A stretch of 64,000 nucleotides of DNA from positions 1,426,001 through 1,490,000 of the forward strand of contig CM068778.1 of NCBI GenBank assembly GCA_035084275.1, written 5' to 3'. The notes beneath the pieces are model-generated. The model saw nothing but the letters and a program-made list of their open reading frames with translations, ran no database searches and had not been told where the DNA came from. The position numbers and the translations under genes were made by a program. Below are positions 12,642-25,720 of this stretch, piece by piece. Within the stretch, counting starts at the first letter, position 1. The number at the start of each line of letters is the position of its first letter. The stretch comes from Hydrolagus colliei. Lineage: Eukaryota.

Positions 12642-13190
12642 CCCTTGTCTAGCAGCACAGTAATACACCCCCTCCTGGGCTGTGTTGCTGATGGAGATCT
12701 TCAGTGAGGATTCCTTGTAGTCTTCAGTCAGTGTAATGGTGTAATTGGCAGCAGCAAATTCCTTCTCATTGTTTGGTTTTGACAAGTAGCCATGTCCTAT
12801 CAATGTGAGGCCTCCCTGGTGGGGTTGGAGGTACCAGAGCATCGTTTGTAGGGCTGAGGTGTTCTGGTAACATCCCAAAGTCACAGTCTCTCCCTCTCTG
12901 GCTGTGACTGTCCCCGGCCACTGAGTCACCAACTCTGCCAGTGACAGACCTGGAAAGACAACACAGTGAATGTAAACCCACTGACAGGGAATCTGAGCTG
13001 AATGTCCTGTAGAAGTTCCTAGGGTTACACAAACGCACAATAAAAAAATTGGAATCACTTTGCACAGAGTGGAATGTGATACAGAATCCCAGTGGGAATG
13101 GGAGCCTGAGGGGGGATTGAGAGATGTGGAGAGATACTCACAGGGCCAGAGGATGGAGACCAGAGAGACAGTGAGAAAGTACAGATACAT
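12642..13190 (-). CDS. TRBV: TCR beta V segment (V10, type A variant)
   Basis: Leader 13142-13190, V exon 12642-12949. CACAGTG 12635-12641, nonamer 12603-12611. Confidence 0.93.
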
Positions 13191-13843
13191 TGTTGGCTGA
13201 GAGTTGGTTTAACTTTGGGATCTTCACACCAGTGCCCAGTCTCTCCCCTGTGTTCTACACTCTTTCTGTATCTCTGACAGTCACTCTTTCTGCTTGACTT
13301 TCACAATGACACTCCCGTCTCCACGAAATTATTTTCCAGCTTGGTATCTCACATACACTCTCTCGCTCTCTCTCACACACACACACTCTCCCTCTGTCTT
13401 TCTAATGAAGCTCTGGAAGAGTTCAAGACATCAATCACAACATTAAGTTGGAACACCCAATGGAAATGATGTTTGACCCCACCCCTCGACCCAATGTGAC
13501 ATTGGTGGGAGGATTGAGGTGTGGGGGAGGGGTATGTGTCTTGGTGAAGCTACAGCCTCTGCCAGGGTATGCTAGGGTGGTGGGTCACAAAATTGGTCAC
13601 AGGTTCACAGTAAGACACAGAGCACACAGTGGACAGGCGAGTTCTGAGATGGAGCCGTGTCTACTCTGAAGCTGAACCTCTTTGATTCTCTGTGTTGATG
13701 TGCGTAATGCTTGCAGAGGCAGGTGTTGTTTGGGGAACGGCTGGTTTGCCTGTGTGTCTGTGTGTGTGTGTGTGGTGAACTGAGACGTTTTGTACCCTGT
13801 GTGAGGTTTATGTATGAGAGATCTGTCTCTCTCTCACGCTGTG

Positions 13844-14440
13844 CCCTTCTCTAGCAGCACAGTAATACACCCCCTCCTGGGATGTGTTGCTGATGTTGAT
13901 CTTCAGTGAGGAATCCTTGTAGTCACTAGTCTGTGTAATGGTGTAGCCAGATTTAAAATTATTCTCGTAATTTGGGATGGAGTATCTGCTATATCCGATC
14001 AATGTGAGGCCTCCCTGGTGGGGTTGGAGGTACCAGAGCATTGTATCAAGGGCTGATTCATTCTGGTAACATCTCAAGGTCACAGTCTCTCCCTCTCTGG
14101 CTGTGACTGTCCCCGGCCACTGAGTCACCAACTCTGCCAGTGACAGACCTGCAAAGACAATGTAACATCCATCATCCTGCCCACTAGGAATGTCCTGGTC
14201 TGACACCCGGGATCACAGACACACATACAGACACACACAGACACATACAGTCACACACACACATAAATACACTCAACATATACGCAAACACAGGTGAGCA
14301 TCACCCCAGGCAGAGGGAGTGGAGGATGTTATGAAATCCCAGTGCAAATGTGAGCCTGAGGGGGAATTGAAAGATGTGGAGAGATACTCACAGGGCCAGA
14401 GGATGGAGACCAGAGAGACAGTGAGAAAAGACAGACTCAT
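13844..14440 (-). CDS. TRBV: TCR beta V segment (V11, type E)
   Basis: Leader 14392-14440, V exon 13844-14148. CACAGCG 13837-13843, nonamer 13805-13813. Confidence 0.93.
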
Positions 14441-14883
14441 TGTTGGCGGAGACTTGGATTAACCTTGGGATCTTCACACCAGAGCTCCGGTTTGTCTCCC
14501 GCCTCTCTCTCTCTCTCTGAAACGGTCTTTCTGAATAACTAACCTCTGGCACGCAAACTTAGTCTCTCTCTCTCTATCTCTCTCTCACACACACACAAAT
14601 ACTCTCTGTTTTCTCTGTCACTGTGGACTTAAGCTCTGGCAAAAAATAGGCACCAATGACACCAAAGTGTAATCAGCACATGGAAAGTGGGTGTCCCTCC
14701 CCCCAGCCACCAGTGTGACATTGGTGGGAGGTTTGAAATGTGGGGGAGGGGAGGCGTTATGGACAGGCATTAAGGACACACACAACAAGTTGGATCACTT
14801 AGGACTGGGAGAGGGACGTGCTGTGAGATTTCCGTGGATTTAAAAAGTTTGTGAGTAACAGGGAGATGTTGAGAATCACTCAC

Positions 14884-14932
14884 AGGGTCAGAGGATGGAG
14901 ACCAGAGAGATGGTGAGAGAGCACAGACTCAT
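14884..14932 (-). pseudogene. Orphan TRBV leader exon (duplicate of 7541-7589)
   Basis: Near-identical to the orphan leader and its flanks about 7.3 kb to the left. Confidence 0.8.
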
Positions 14933-15582
14933 TGTTCAGCAGAGACTTGGACTAGCTTTGGGATCTTCACACCAATAATCTTTCCATTCTTCTGCGCTGC
15001 TTCTGTATCTCTCACAGTCACTCTATTCTATTTAACTTTCCCAATGACACTCCAGTCTCTCCCAAATGTGGTCTAGCTCTGTACCTCACCCTCTCTCTCT
15101 CTCTCTCTCTCTCTCTCGCTCTCGCACACACACACACACAGACAATCTCGCTCTGGTTCTGTTTCCTTGGCAGGAAGCTCTGGTGAAGTAAAGACACCAA
15201 TGATGCCAAACTGTTGGAACCCTCCAAAGGAAGCCTTAACCCCATTCCACTCCATCCCGACCCAGAGCGACGTTGCTGGGTGGTTTGAGTTGTGGGGGAG
15301 AGGTATCTGTCTCAGTGAAGCTGCAGCCTCCACCAGGATATGGTACGGGAAGGCTTGGGTAGGTCACAAAATTGGTCACAGATTCACAGAACCACACATA
15401 GGACACAGTGGACAGGAGAGTCGAGATGGAGCCATGTCTACTCTGATGCTGAGCCTCTTTTATTCTCTATGTTGATGTGCCTAATGCTTGCAGAGGCTGG
15501 GGGCAGGTGTTGGTGGGGGAACGGCTGGTTTGTCTGTGTGTGTGTGTGTGTAGTGAACTGCGACGTTGTGTATCCTGTGTGA

Positions 15583-15621
15583 GGTTTATGTATGAGAGAT
15601 CTGTCTCTCTCTTACGCTGTG
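15583..15621 (-). pseudogene. Orphan V 23-RSS (type F V deleted)
   Basis: Complete nonamer-23-heptamer, but the heptamer abuts CAGGTG directly. Relative to the paralogous block, 8291-9399 (1109 bp) is missing. Confidence 0.88.
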
Positions 15622-15627
15622 CAGGTG

Positions 15628-16142
15628 TGTGGAAGTATAATTAAACATATACCCGTGTGATCAAACTATATTATAATTAGAACTAATATTGTGATAATTA
15701 CTAACCTCATTAAGGTAAAACAGACACATATACTGATCTAGTTGAACTAAAAGAACTCTCAGTATCTTGGTATTCAAAGAAGGTCTGGTCAACACTCATT
15801 TCTCACGGGAACAGACAGGCCTTGAGCCGGGTGGTACCACTGATGCCAGCAGCTATACCTATCTCCATGTGACTTTGATAAGTAATTACGTGTGTTAAGA
15901 TAGCATTCATTTCTGTCCATTCCCTCTGTAATTCAACTAATACATTGTGTATTGTTTTAAGTGTATAAAAGGAGGAGTTGGACTGTTCCAAACTCAGAGG
16001 ACAAGGGCGACTCCCATTGAGAGACACATATTCTCCTCTCCTTTACTAGTATGGTATTAATAAAGCGCATTCTAATTATCGGTTTGAAGTGTTGTTTTCT
16101 AATAGATAGAGAAATAATACTACACAAATATCGGATTCAACA
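15628..16142 (+). mobile_element. Solo LTR (515 bp), copy 2
   Basis: Same LTR and same GGTG TSD/insertion site as 9406-9920, about five substitutions by eye; copied by segmental duplication. Confidence 0.88.
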
Positions 16143-16256
16143 GGTGTTGGTGGGTGAACGGCTGGTTTGTCTGTGTGTGTGTCTGTGGTGAACTGTGACA
16201 TTGTCTATCCCGTGTGAGGTTTATGTATGAGAAATCTGTCTCTCTCTCACGCTGTG

Positions 16257-16806
16257 CCCTTCTCTAGCAGCACAGTAATACACCCCCTCCTGGGCTGTGT
16301 TGCTGATGTTGATCTTCAGTGAGGAAGCCTTGTTGCCATCACTCTGTGTAATGTTGTAGCCAGATTTAAAATTATTCTCATAATTTGGCCTGGAGTAGCT
16401 GCTATATCCTATCAATGTGAGGCCTCCCTGGTGGGGTTGGATGTCCCAGAGCATTGTATCAAGGGCAGCATTATTGTGCTGACATGTCAAAGTCACAATC
16501 TCTCCCTCTCTGGCTGTGACTGTCCCCGGCCTCTGAGTCACCAACTCTGCCAGTGACAGACCTGCAAAGACAACGTAACAATGTGATCCTGTTGTCGGGG
16601 AATCTGGGCTCAAAGTAATGGGCGGATTCATGAGATGCTTAACATACACAAAGTGGGTTCATCTCTGGCACAGGGAGAGAGGGGGAGCGGGGGGGATAAG
16701 AAACGCCTGTTGAATTGAGAGTTGGTGGAGAATAGAGAGATGATGAGAGGTACTCACAGGGCAACAGGATGGAGATCAGAGAGACAGTGAGAATGGACAG
16801 ACCCAT
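16257..16806 (-). CDS. TRBV: TCR beta V segment (V12, type G; WY changed to WD)
   Basis: Leader 16758-16806, V exon 16257-16561. CACAGCG 16250-16256. Conserved Trp-Tyr reads Trp-Asp. Confidence 0.88.
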
Positions 16807-17679
16807 TGTTGGTCAGAGACTTGAGACTAACCGTGGGTTCTTCACAACTCTCGCCCTCTCACTCTCTCTCTCTCTCCCTTACCCTCTCCCTCCGAAAAGC
16901 TCTTGATGTTTCAATGGTTGACTTCCTATTTCTTTCTCGAATAGCGCACCCTCTGTCACCCAAGCTTAGTCTCTCTCTCTCACGCTCACGTGATCTGTTT
17001 CTCTGTGGACTGCAGTTCTGACGAGTAAAGGCACCAGTGACCAATGTGTCGGCACCACATGAGATGTGAGTGTCCCGCCTCCAACCCTCCAGTGGGACAT
17101 TGGACGGAGTTTTGAGATGTGGGGAAGAGGAGGTGACTTAGCCAAGATACAGCCTCCCTCAGGGGAAGGGTTGGGAACAGTCGGTCGCAAAATGTGTCAA
17201 AGAGTCAGAGACAGAGGGAACAGTGTGGAGAGAGATGGACCCATGCCTACTCTAGACTTGAGTATCTTTTTTCTCTCTGTCCCTCAATCAGCTGAGTTCA
17301 TGATCCTGTGGGAGGTTTACGTATGACGGGGAGTCGGTCGCAAGATTGGTCCCAGCTTCAGGGACAGGAACACAGAGAGAGCAATGTGGAGAGAAGGCCA
17401 GATGGATCCCTATGTAATCTGGCCTTGAATATCTTTTCTCCTTGCTGTCTCCCGTCTTCTCTGCTCTTTCCCCTGAACCGCTTTTTTCTCTCTGCCTCTC
17501 AATCATCTGTGTTGATGTGTTTTATTCTTCGAGATACTGAGGGCAGGTGGTGTTGGGGGAGGGGATGGATTGTGCATCTGCGATGGTGGGGGGTGGAGGG
17601 TGGCAGCGTGGTGGAGATAGTCTTTGTGTTCCCTGTGTGAGGTTTATGTATGAGAGATCTGCCTCTCTCTCACGCTGTG

Positions 17680-18219
17680 CCCTTCTCTAGCAGCACAGTA
17701 ATACACCCCCTCCTGGGCTGTGTTGCTGATGGAGATCTCCAGGGACGAATCCTTGTCGTCACGTGTCTTCGTGATGTTGTAGCCAGATTTGAAACCCTCC
17801 TCATAAGTTGGGTTTAACAGATAAAAATAACCTATCAATGTGAGGCCTCCCTGGTGGGGTTGGATGTACCAGAGCATTCTATCAAGGGCTGATTCATTCT
17901 GGTAACATCTCAAAGTCACAGTCTCTCCCTCTCTGGCTGTGACTGCCCCCGGCCACTGAGTCACCAACTCTGCCAGTGACAGACCTGCAAAGACAATTTA
18001 ACAATGTGATCCTGTTGACAGGGAATCTGGATGTACTCAGGGTGTTCCTGGATTCAGTCCCTGTCTCTCTCTCTCTCACACAGACACACACACACACAGA
18101 CACATAGTGGACCCATCGCAGCCAGACTGGGAGTCTGAGGGAGAACAGAGAGATTGTGGGAGATACTCACAGGGCCAGAGGATGGAGATCAGAGAGACGG
18201 TGAGAAACGACAGACACAT
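17680..18219 (-). CDS. TRBV: TCR beta V segment (V13, type D)
   Basis: Leader 18171-18219, V exon 17680-17984. CACAGCG 17673-17679, nonamer 17641-17649. Confidence 0.93.
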
Positions 18220-18876
18220 TGTTGGTCAGAGACTTGGATCAACTTGAGGATCTTCACACTAGAGCTCAGTCTCCCTCCCTTCTCTCTCTGTCATACGCTC
18301 TTTCTGTATCTCTCTCTCTCTCTGTCTCTCCCTTCTATTCAACTTTCTCAACAACACTGCACTCTCTCCCAAATGTTGTGTGGCTCTATATAGCACACAC
18401 TCTCACCTACATAGACACACAATTTCTGCCTTTCCCACACATTCACTCTCTCTCTCTCTGTGTGTCTGTGGAATGAAGCACACCAATGCCACCAATGTGT
18501 CAGCACCACATCGGAAGTCAGTGTCTCTCCTCCCTCCCCCCCACACCCCCCAACCCCCCACCACCCAACCCTAGAAGGGAGGGGTCCAGAGAGCTTACAG
18601 TCTCCCCATGGTATGGACTGGGAACATTGGGTCGCAAGATTGGTCTCAGATTCACGGTCAGAAGCACAGAGAGCCATGTCTAAACTGGTCTTCAATCTCT
18701 TTTTCGCTCTGTCTCTCAAACGTCTGTGTTGATGTATTTTGTTTTTTGCAGAGGCTGACGGCAGGTGTTGGTGGCGGGAAAGGCTGGTTTGTGTGTCTGT
18801 GAGTGTGGCGAAGATACACATTGTGTACCCTGTGTGAGGTTTATGTATGAGAGACCTGTCTCTCTCTCACGCTGTG

Positions 18877-19425
18877 CCCTTCTCTTAGCAGCACAGTAAT
18901 ACATCCCCTCCTGGGCTGTGTTGCTGATGGAGATCTTCAGTGAGGATTCTTTATAGCCTTCAATCTGTGTAATGGTGTAATTGGCAGCAGCAAATTCCTT
19001 CTCATTGTTTGGTGTTGACAATGAGCCATATCCTATCAATGTGAGGCCTCCCTGGTGGGGTTGGAGGTACCAGAGCATCGTTTGTAGGGCTGAGGTGTTC
19101 TGGTAACATCCCAAGGTCACAGTCTCTCCCTCTTTGGCTGTGACTGTCCCCGGCCACTGAGTCACCAACTCTGCCAGTGACAGACCTGCAAAGACAACAC
19201 AGTGAATGTAAACCCACTGACAGGGAATCTGAGCTGAATGTCCTGCAGAATTTCCCAGCGTTTCACATACGCACAATAAAAAATTGGAATCATTTTGCAC
19301 AGAATGGAATGTGATACAGAATCCCAGTGGGAATGGGAGCCTGAGGGGGGATTGAGAGGTGTGGAGAGATACTCACAGGGCCAGAGGATGGAGACCAGAG
19401 AGACAGTGAGAAAGTACAGATACAT
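18877..19425 (-). CDS. TRBV: TCR beta V segment (V14, type A)
   Basis: Leader 19377-19425, V exon 18877-19185. CACAGCG 18870-18876. Confidence 0.93.
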
Positions 19426-20080
19426 TGTTGGCTGAGAGTTGGTTTAACTTTGGGATCTTCACACCAGTGCCCAGTCTCTCCCCTGTGTTCTACACTCTTT
19501 CTGTATCTCTGACAGTCACTCTTTCTACTTGACTTTCACAATGACACTCCCGTCTCCACCAAATTCTTTTCTAGCTTGGTATCTCACGTACACTCTCTCG
19601 CTCTCTCTCTCACACACACACTCTCCCTCTGTCTTTCTAATGAAGCTCTGGAAGAGTTCAAGACATCAATCACAACATTAAGTTGGAACACCCAATGGAA
19701 GTGATGTTCAACCCCACCCCTCGACCCAATGTGACATTGGTGGGAGGATTGAGGTGTGGGGGAGCGGTATGTGTCTTGGTGAAGCTAAAGCCTCTACCAG
19801 GGTATGCTAGGGTGGGGGTCACAAAATTGGTCACAGATTCACAGTAAGACACAGAGCACACAGTGGACAGGCAAGTTCAGATGGAGCCGTGTCTACTTTG
19901 AAGCTGAACCTCTTTGATTCTCTGTGTTGATGTGCGTAATGCTTGCAGAGGCAGGGGCCAGGTGTTGTTTGGGGAACGGCTGATTTGCCTGTGTGTCTGT
20001 GTGTGTGTGTGGTGAACTGAGAAGTTGTGTAACCTGTGTGAGGTTTATGTATGAGAGATCTGTCTCTCTCTCACACTGTG

Positions 20081-20633
20081 CCCTTGTCTAGCAGCACAGT
20101 AATACACCTCCTCCTGGGCTGTGTTGCTGATGTTGATCTTCAGTGAGGAATCCTTGTAGTCATCACTCTGTGTAATGGTGTAGCCAGATTTAAAATTATT
20201 CTCATAATTTGGCCTGGAGTTGCTGCTATATCCGATCAATGTGAGGCCTCCCTGGTGGGGTTGGATGTACCAGAGCATTGTACGAAGCAAAGTATTGTCG
20301 TGGTGACATGTCAAAGTCACAGTCTCTCCCTCTCTGGCTGTGACTGTCCCCGGCCTCTGAGTCACCAACTCTGCCAGTGACAGACCTGCAAAGACAACAT
20401 AACAATGTGATCCTGTTGTCGGGGAATCTGGGCTCAATGTGATGGGCGGATTCATGAGATGTTTAACATACACAAAGAGGGTTCATCTCGGGCACAGGGA
20501 GAGGGAGGGGATGGGATAAGCTGAGATAAACGTCTGTTGGATTGAGAGTTGGTGGAGAATAGAGAGATGATGAGAGGTACTCACAGGGCCACAGGATGGA
20601 GATCAGAGAGATAGTGAGAATGGACAGACCCAT
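20081..20633 (-). CDS. TRBV: TCR beta V segment (V15, type B)
   Basis: Leader 20585-20633, V exon 20081-20385. CACAGTG 20074-20080. Confidence 0.92.
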
Positions 20634-21528
20634 TGTTGGTCAGAGATTTGAGACTAACCGTGGGTTCTTCACAACAAAGCTACGGTTTCTCTCGCCCTCT
20701 CACTCTCTCTCTCTCTCCCTTACCCTCTCCCTCTGAAATGCTCTTTATATTTCAATGGTTGATTTCCTATTTCTTTCTCAAATAGCGCACCCTCTGTCAC
20801 CCAAGCTTAGTCTCTCTCTCTCTCACGCTCACGTGATCTGTTTCTCTGTGGACTGAAGCTCTGACGAGTAAAGGCACCAGTGACCAATGTGTCGGCACCA
20901 CATGAGATGTAAGTGTCCCGCCTCCAACCCTCCAGTGTGACATTGGACGGAGGTTTGAGATGTGGGGAAGAGGAGGTGACTTAGTGAAGCTACAGTCTCC
21001 CTCAGGGTAAGGGTTTGGAACAGTCGGTCGCAAAATGGGTCAAAGATTCAGAGACAGAGACAGAAGGAACAGTGTGGAGAGAAGGCCAGATGGACCCATG
21101 GCTACTCTAGCCTTGAATACCTTTTTTCTCTCTGTCCCTCAATCACCTGAGTTCATGATCCTGTGTGAGATTTACCGATGACTGGGAGTTGGTTGCAAGA
21201 TTGGTCCCAGCATCAGGGACAGGAACACAGAGTGGAGAGAAGGCCAGATGGATCCCTGTCTACTCTGGCCTTGAATATCTTTTCTCCTTGCTGTCTCCCG
21301 CCTTCTCTTCTCTTTCCCTTGAACCCTTTTTTTCTCTCTGTCTCTCAATCATCTGTGTTGATGTGTTTTATTTAACGAGATACTGAGGGCAGGTGTTGGT
21401 GGGGGAGGGGATGGATTGTGCATCTGCGATGGTGGGGGGGGGCGGAGGGTGGCAGTGTGGTGGAGGGAGTCGTTGTGTATCCTGTGTGAGGTTTATGTAT
21501 GAGAGATCTGTCTCTCTCTCACACTGTG

Positions 21529-22065
21529 CCCTTCTCTAGCAGCACAGTAATACACCCCCTCCTGGGCTGTGTTGTTCATGGAGAACTCCAGGGAGGATTC
21601 CTTCTTGTCTTCTGACTTTGTGATGTTGTAGCCAGGTTTAAAACCAGCCTCATAATAGATTTTCGCATAATAGACACATCCAATTAATGTGAGGCCTCCC
21701 TGATGGGGTTGGAGGTACCAGAGCATTACTTCATACTCTGTGTCATTCTGGTAACATCTCAAGGTCACAGTCTCTCCCTCTCTGGCTGTGACTGTCCCCG
21801 GCCACTGAGTCACCAACTCTGCCAGTGACAGACCTGCAAAGACAATGTAAGATCCATCATTCTGCCCACAGGGAATGTCCTTGTCTGATTCCCGGGATCA
21901 CAGACACAAGCACACCCACACATACAGACACACACTCACAGAAAACTGGGATGTTATGAAATCCCAGTGGAATTGGGAGCCTGGGGGGGAATTGAGAGAT
22001 GTGGAGAGATACTCACATGGCCAGAGGATGGAGACCAGAGAGACAGTGAGAAAGGACAGACTCAT
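21529..22065 (-). CDS. TRBV: TCR beta V segment (V16, type C; extra Cys before CDR2)
   Basis: Leader 22017-22065, V exon 21529-21833 (IGCVYY). CACAGTG 21522-21528. Confidence 0.9.
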
Positions 22066-22788
22066 TGTTGGCAGAGACTTGGATTAACCTTGGGATCTTC
22101 CCACCAGAGCTAAGCTTTTCTCTCACTTATGCTCTTTCTTTGTCTCCCGTACTCTTGTCTTTGCAGTAACTTTCTTAACTACATTCCCCTCTCAGCAAAC
22201 CGTTGTCCAGCTGTATCTCTCACTGTCTCTCTCTTTCGCTCTCACACACACACACACACACACACGGTATCTCCGTATCTCTGAGGAGTGAACCTCTGGC
22301 AAAGTAAAGACACCAATAGTATTCAGTGTCGGCACCAGATCGGAATGGCCAGCCCTCTCCGCACCCCCCTTCCCCCCCACCCCACCTCCCCACCCCACCA
22401 CACACACTCGCACTTGGTGTTGCATTAGTGGGAGGTGAAGACGCAGAGTAAGGGAGGGGAGATTGTGAAGCTACAGCCTGCCTCAGGCTTTACAATAGAA
22501 GGCCATAGCATAGGCCTTGGAGTCGGAGATAGAGATACAGAAGGAACAGTTTGGAGGGTAGGACAGACAGAGCTGTGACTACTTTGACATCATCGTCTTT
22601 TATTCTCTGTCTCTCAATCGTCTGTGTTGATGTATTTTATTTTTGCAGAGACAAAGGGCAGGTGTTGGTGGGGGGCAGGAGCTGGCTTCTATGTCTGGCT
22701 CTGTGTGTGTGTCTTTGTGGTTGATCGAGTCATTGTGTTTTCTGTGTGAGGTTTATGTATGAGAGATCTGTCTCTCTCTCACGCTGTG

Positions 22789-23495
22789 CCCTTCTCTAGC
22801 AGCACAGTAATACACCCCCTCCTGGGCTGTGTTGCTGATGGAGATCTTCAGTGAGGATTCCTTGTTGTCATCACTCTGTGTAATGGTGTAGACAGATTTA
22901 AAATCTTTCTCATAAGTTAGCGTTCTCGCATATGCATATGCGATCAATGTGAGGCCTCCCTGATGGGGTTGGAGGTACCAGAGCATTATATTGTGGGTTG
23001 TGTCATTCTGGTAACATCCCAAGGTAACAGTCTCTCCCTCTCTGGCTGTGACTGTCCCCGGCCACTGAGTCACCAACTCTGCCAGTGACAGACCTGCAAA
23101 GACAACGTATCATTTACCAAAACACAAAGTACTGCAGATGCTGGAAACCTGAAACAACAACAGAGAGAGCTGGGAAAACTCAACAGGTCAGGCAGCATCT
23201 GTGGAGAAAGGAAGGTGAGTCAACATTTCAGGTCCACGACCCTGTGTCAGAACCATATCATTTGCCATCCTGCCCACAGGGAAAGTCCTGGTCAGATTTC
23301 TGGGGTCACACACAGTTGCACACAGCTCCACGTTCTCACACGCGGAATTACAAAACAAATGATTATTTCGGACATGATATAAAATCCCATTGGAATTGGA
23401 ATTGGGAGCCAGAGGGGGAAATTGAGAGATGTGACAAGATACTCACAGGGCCAAAGGATGGAGATCAGAGAGACAGTGAGAAAGGAGAGACTCAT
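22789..23495 (-). CDS. TRBV: TCR beta V segment (V17, type H)
   Basis: Leader 23447-23495, V exon 22789-23093 (QNDTTHNI, AYAYARTLTY). CACAGCG 22782-22788. Confidence 0.92.
23116..23255. mobile_element. 140-bp interspersed-repeat insertion in the V17 intron
   Basis: Absent from paralogous introns and flanked by the direct repeat TATCATTT (23108-23115, 23256-23263). It stops just short of the acceptor. Confidence 0.6.
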
Positions 23496-24116
23496 TGTTA
23501 GCCAAGAATTGGATTAACCTTGAGATCTTCACACCAGAGCTCGGGTATCTGTCCCACTCTCTCTCTCTCTCTGACTTACACACTTTATTTCTCACTGGCT
23601 CACTTCCTTCCTGCTTGATAGCACTCCCCCTGCCACCCAACCAATGCCTCTCACTGCGGCATTGGCACAACATCAGCAGTGAGTGTCCCACCTCTCACTC
23701 CACCCCCCCAGTGTGATATTGGTTGGAAGGTTGACATGGGGAGGGAGTGAAGCTACAGTGGCCCCAATGGTATGGACTGGAAACAGCAGGTTGTTAAATT
23801 GGTCACAGATTCAGAGACACAACAACAACAAAAGTATAGCTAGAGAGCGCCTTTGGGAGGACACAGAGAGACACAGCGAGTACAGTGCGGAGAGTAGGCG
23901 AGACGGAGCCATGCCTACGCTAACCTCCACCTCTTTGCACTCTCTGTCTCTCACTCATCTGAGCTGATGTGTGTTATGTTTGCAAAGACAGAGGGCAGGA
24001 GTTGGTGGAGACAAGGCTGGTTTGTGTGTGTGTGTGTGTGTGGTGAAGCGAGTGTTTGTGTATCCTGTCCTGTGTGAGGTTTATGTATGAGAGATCTGTC
24101 TCTCTCTCACGCTGTG

Positions 24117-24635
24117 CCCTTCTTTAGCACCACAGTAATACACCCCTTCCTGGGCTGTGTTCCTGATGGAGATCTCCAGGGAGGAATCCTTGTCGTCTTT
24201 TGTCTTTGTGATGTTGTAGCCAGATTCAAAACGCTCCTCGTATTCAATTGATGTATAATAGCCATATCCAATTAATTTGAGGCCTCCTTGATGAAGTTGG
24301 ATGTACCAGAGCATTGTACTAAGGGCTGATTCATTCTGGTAACATCTCAAGGTCACAGTGTCTCCCTCTCTGGCTGTGACTGTCCCCGGCCACTGAGTCA
24401 CCAACTCTGCCAGTGACAGACCTGCAAAGACAACATAACAATATGATCCCTCCGACAGGGAATCTGGGCTCAATGTTCTTGGGTGGAATTCCTAGGTTGA
24501 TGAGCACACACAAAGGGAAAGAGGGTTTGCTGTGAAATGAAACCCCTCTGTGTTTAAGAGCTTTTGGGATATTGAAAGATACTCACAGGGCCAGAGGATG
24601 GAGACCAGAGAGACAGTGAGAAAGTACAGACTCAT
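24117..24635 (-). CDS. TRBV: TCR beta V segment (V18, type I)
   Basis: Leader 24587-24635, V exon 24117-24421 (ends YYCGAKEG). CACAGCG 24110-24116. Confidence 0.92.
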
Positions 24636-24929
24636 TGTTGGCAGAGAGTTAACCTTGGGATCTTCACACCAGAGCTCAGGTTCCTCTCTCTGTCTATCTG
24701 TGACTCACGTGTAAACTCTTTCTCTATCTGTCACACACCCTCTCTCGCTCCCTGTCTCTGTCATTGTGGACGCTCTGGCTAATTAAAGTCACAAATGACA
24801 CCAAAGTGTGGGCAGCACATCAGATGTGTCACCACCGCACCCTCCTCCCCCTCGCTCCACCCAATACAACATTAATCAGAGGGAATGGGAGATGTCTAAA
24901 TGAAGCTATAGCCAACACAATCCTTCTTA

Positions 24930-25260
24930 GCCTTCCTTCCCAATTCTTCTCTCCACAGATCATCCAGAACCTTGCAGCTTGGGTTCTCTCCCACATTCGT
25001 CTCTGGTACTCCATGACCCCCACTGCTGCCCGGCTCCACTGATCAGAGACTGCTCTGTAGCCCAATATTCACTGATTTAAGACCAAATCCCGGTGCCCTC
25101 GAGATCAGATGGCACAAACTAATCCACAAGTTTCATCACCGTAGGCTCGAAAATGCCTTCCCCTCACTCAAGCCAAACCACATTCGATTGCCAAGCCACC
25201 GTGGAGTTCAAGATCAATCCCAAACTCCTGTTTCACCCAACTATGAACTCCTCAGTTCAT
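24930..25260 (+). mobile_element. Degenerate L2-like LINE fragment
   Basis: Remnants resembling the L2 RT C-terminal region (CAGAACCTTGCAGC...CTCCACTG...GAGTTCAAGATC); by-eye similarity only. Confidence 0.4.
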
Positions 25261-25720
25261 GAACTCAAACACTCTTGCTCCTCGCCCCATGTGAACAATG
25301 TGGGCAAGTTTTCTTCATCTACAATAATAATCCCTCAAGGAAACAAATAATAATAATTTGTTCATTCAATCCACGACTCTTTGTGGGACACTGTTATCGG
25401 CAGAGTTTGCCCACCAATATATAGTCAATTCGCTTTACACTCTTTTGGACCATGCAGTTCCCAGTCAGTCCCCTAGGGGGAGCTGCAGATTCACGGCATC
25501 AAGCTCCCCCGCCCCCTCAGCCCTGATCCATCTTCACATCTCACCAAGTCCCACGAGGTGGGAAGTCTATCAGTAATATGTTGGTGTCATTGGTAGATTA
25601 GCTCGACAGAATTTCATGTCACAGAGACAGTGTGTTGGTTTGCATGTGTGTGAGACAGCGCAAGAGTGAAGTGAGCTCTGATGTGAAGTGCCCAAGGTTA
25701 ATCTCAAGTCTCCGATAACA

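Noticed and set aside
15622-15649. Cryptic 12-RSS partner making the 15.6-kb junction a true signal joint
   Set aside because: CAGGTGT lacks the CAC start and the nonamer position matches only about 4/9.
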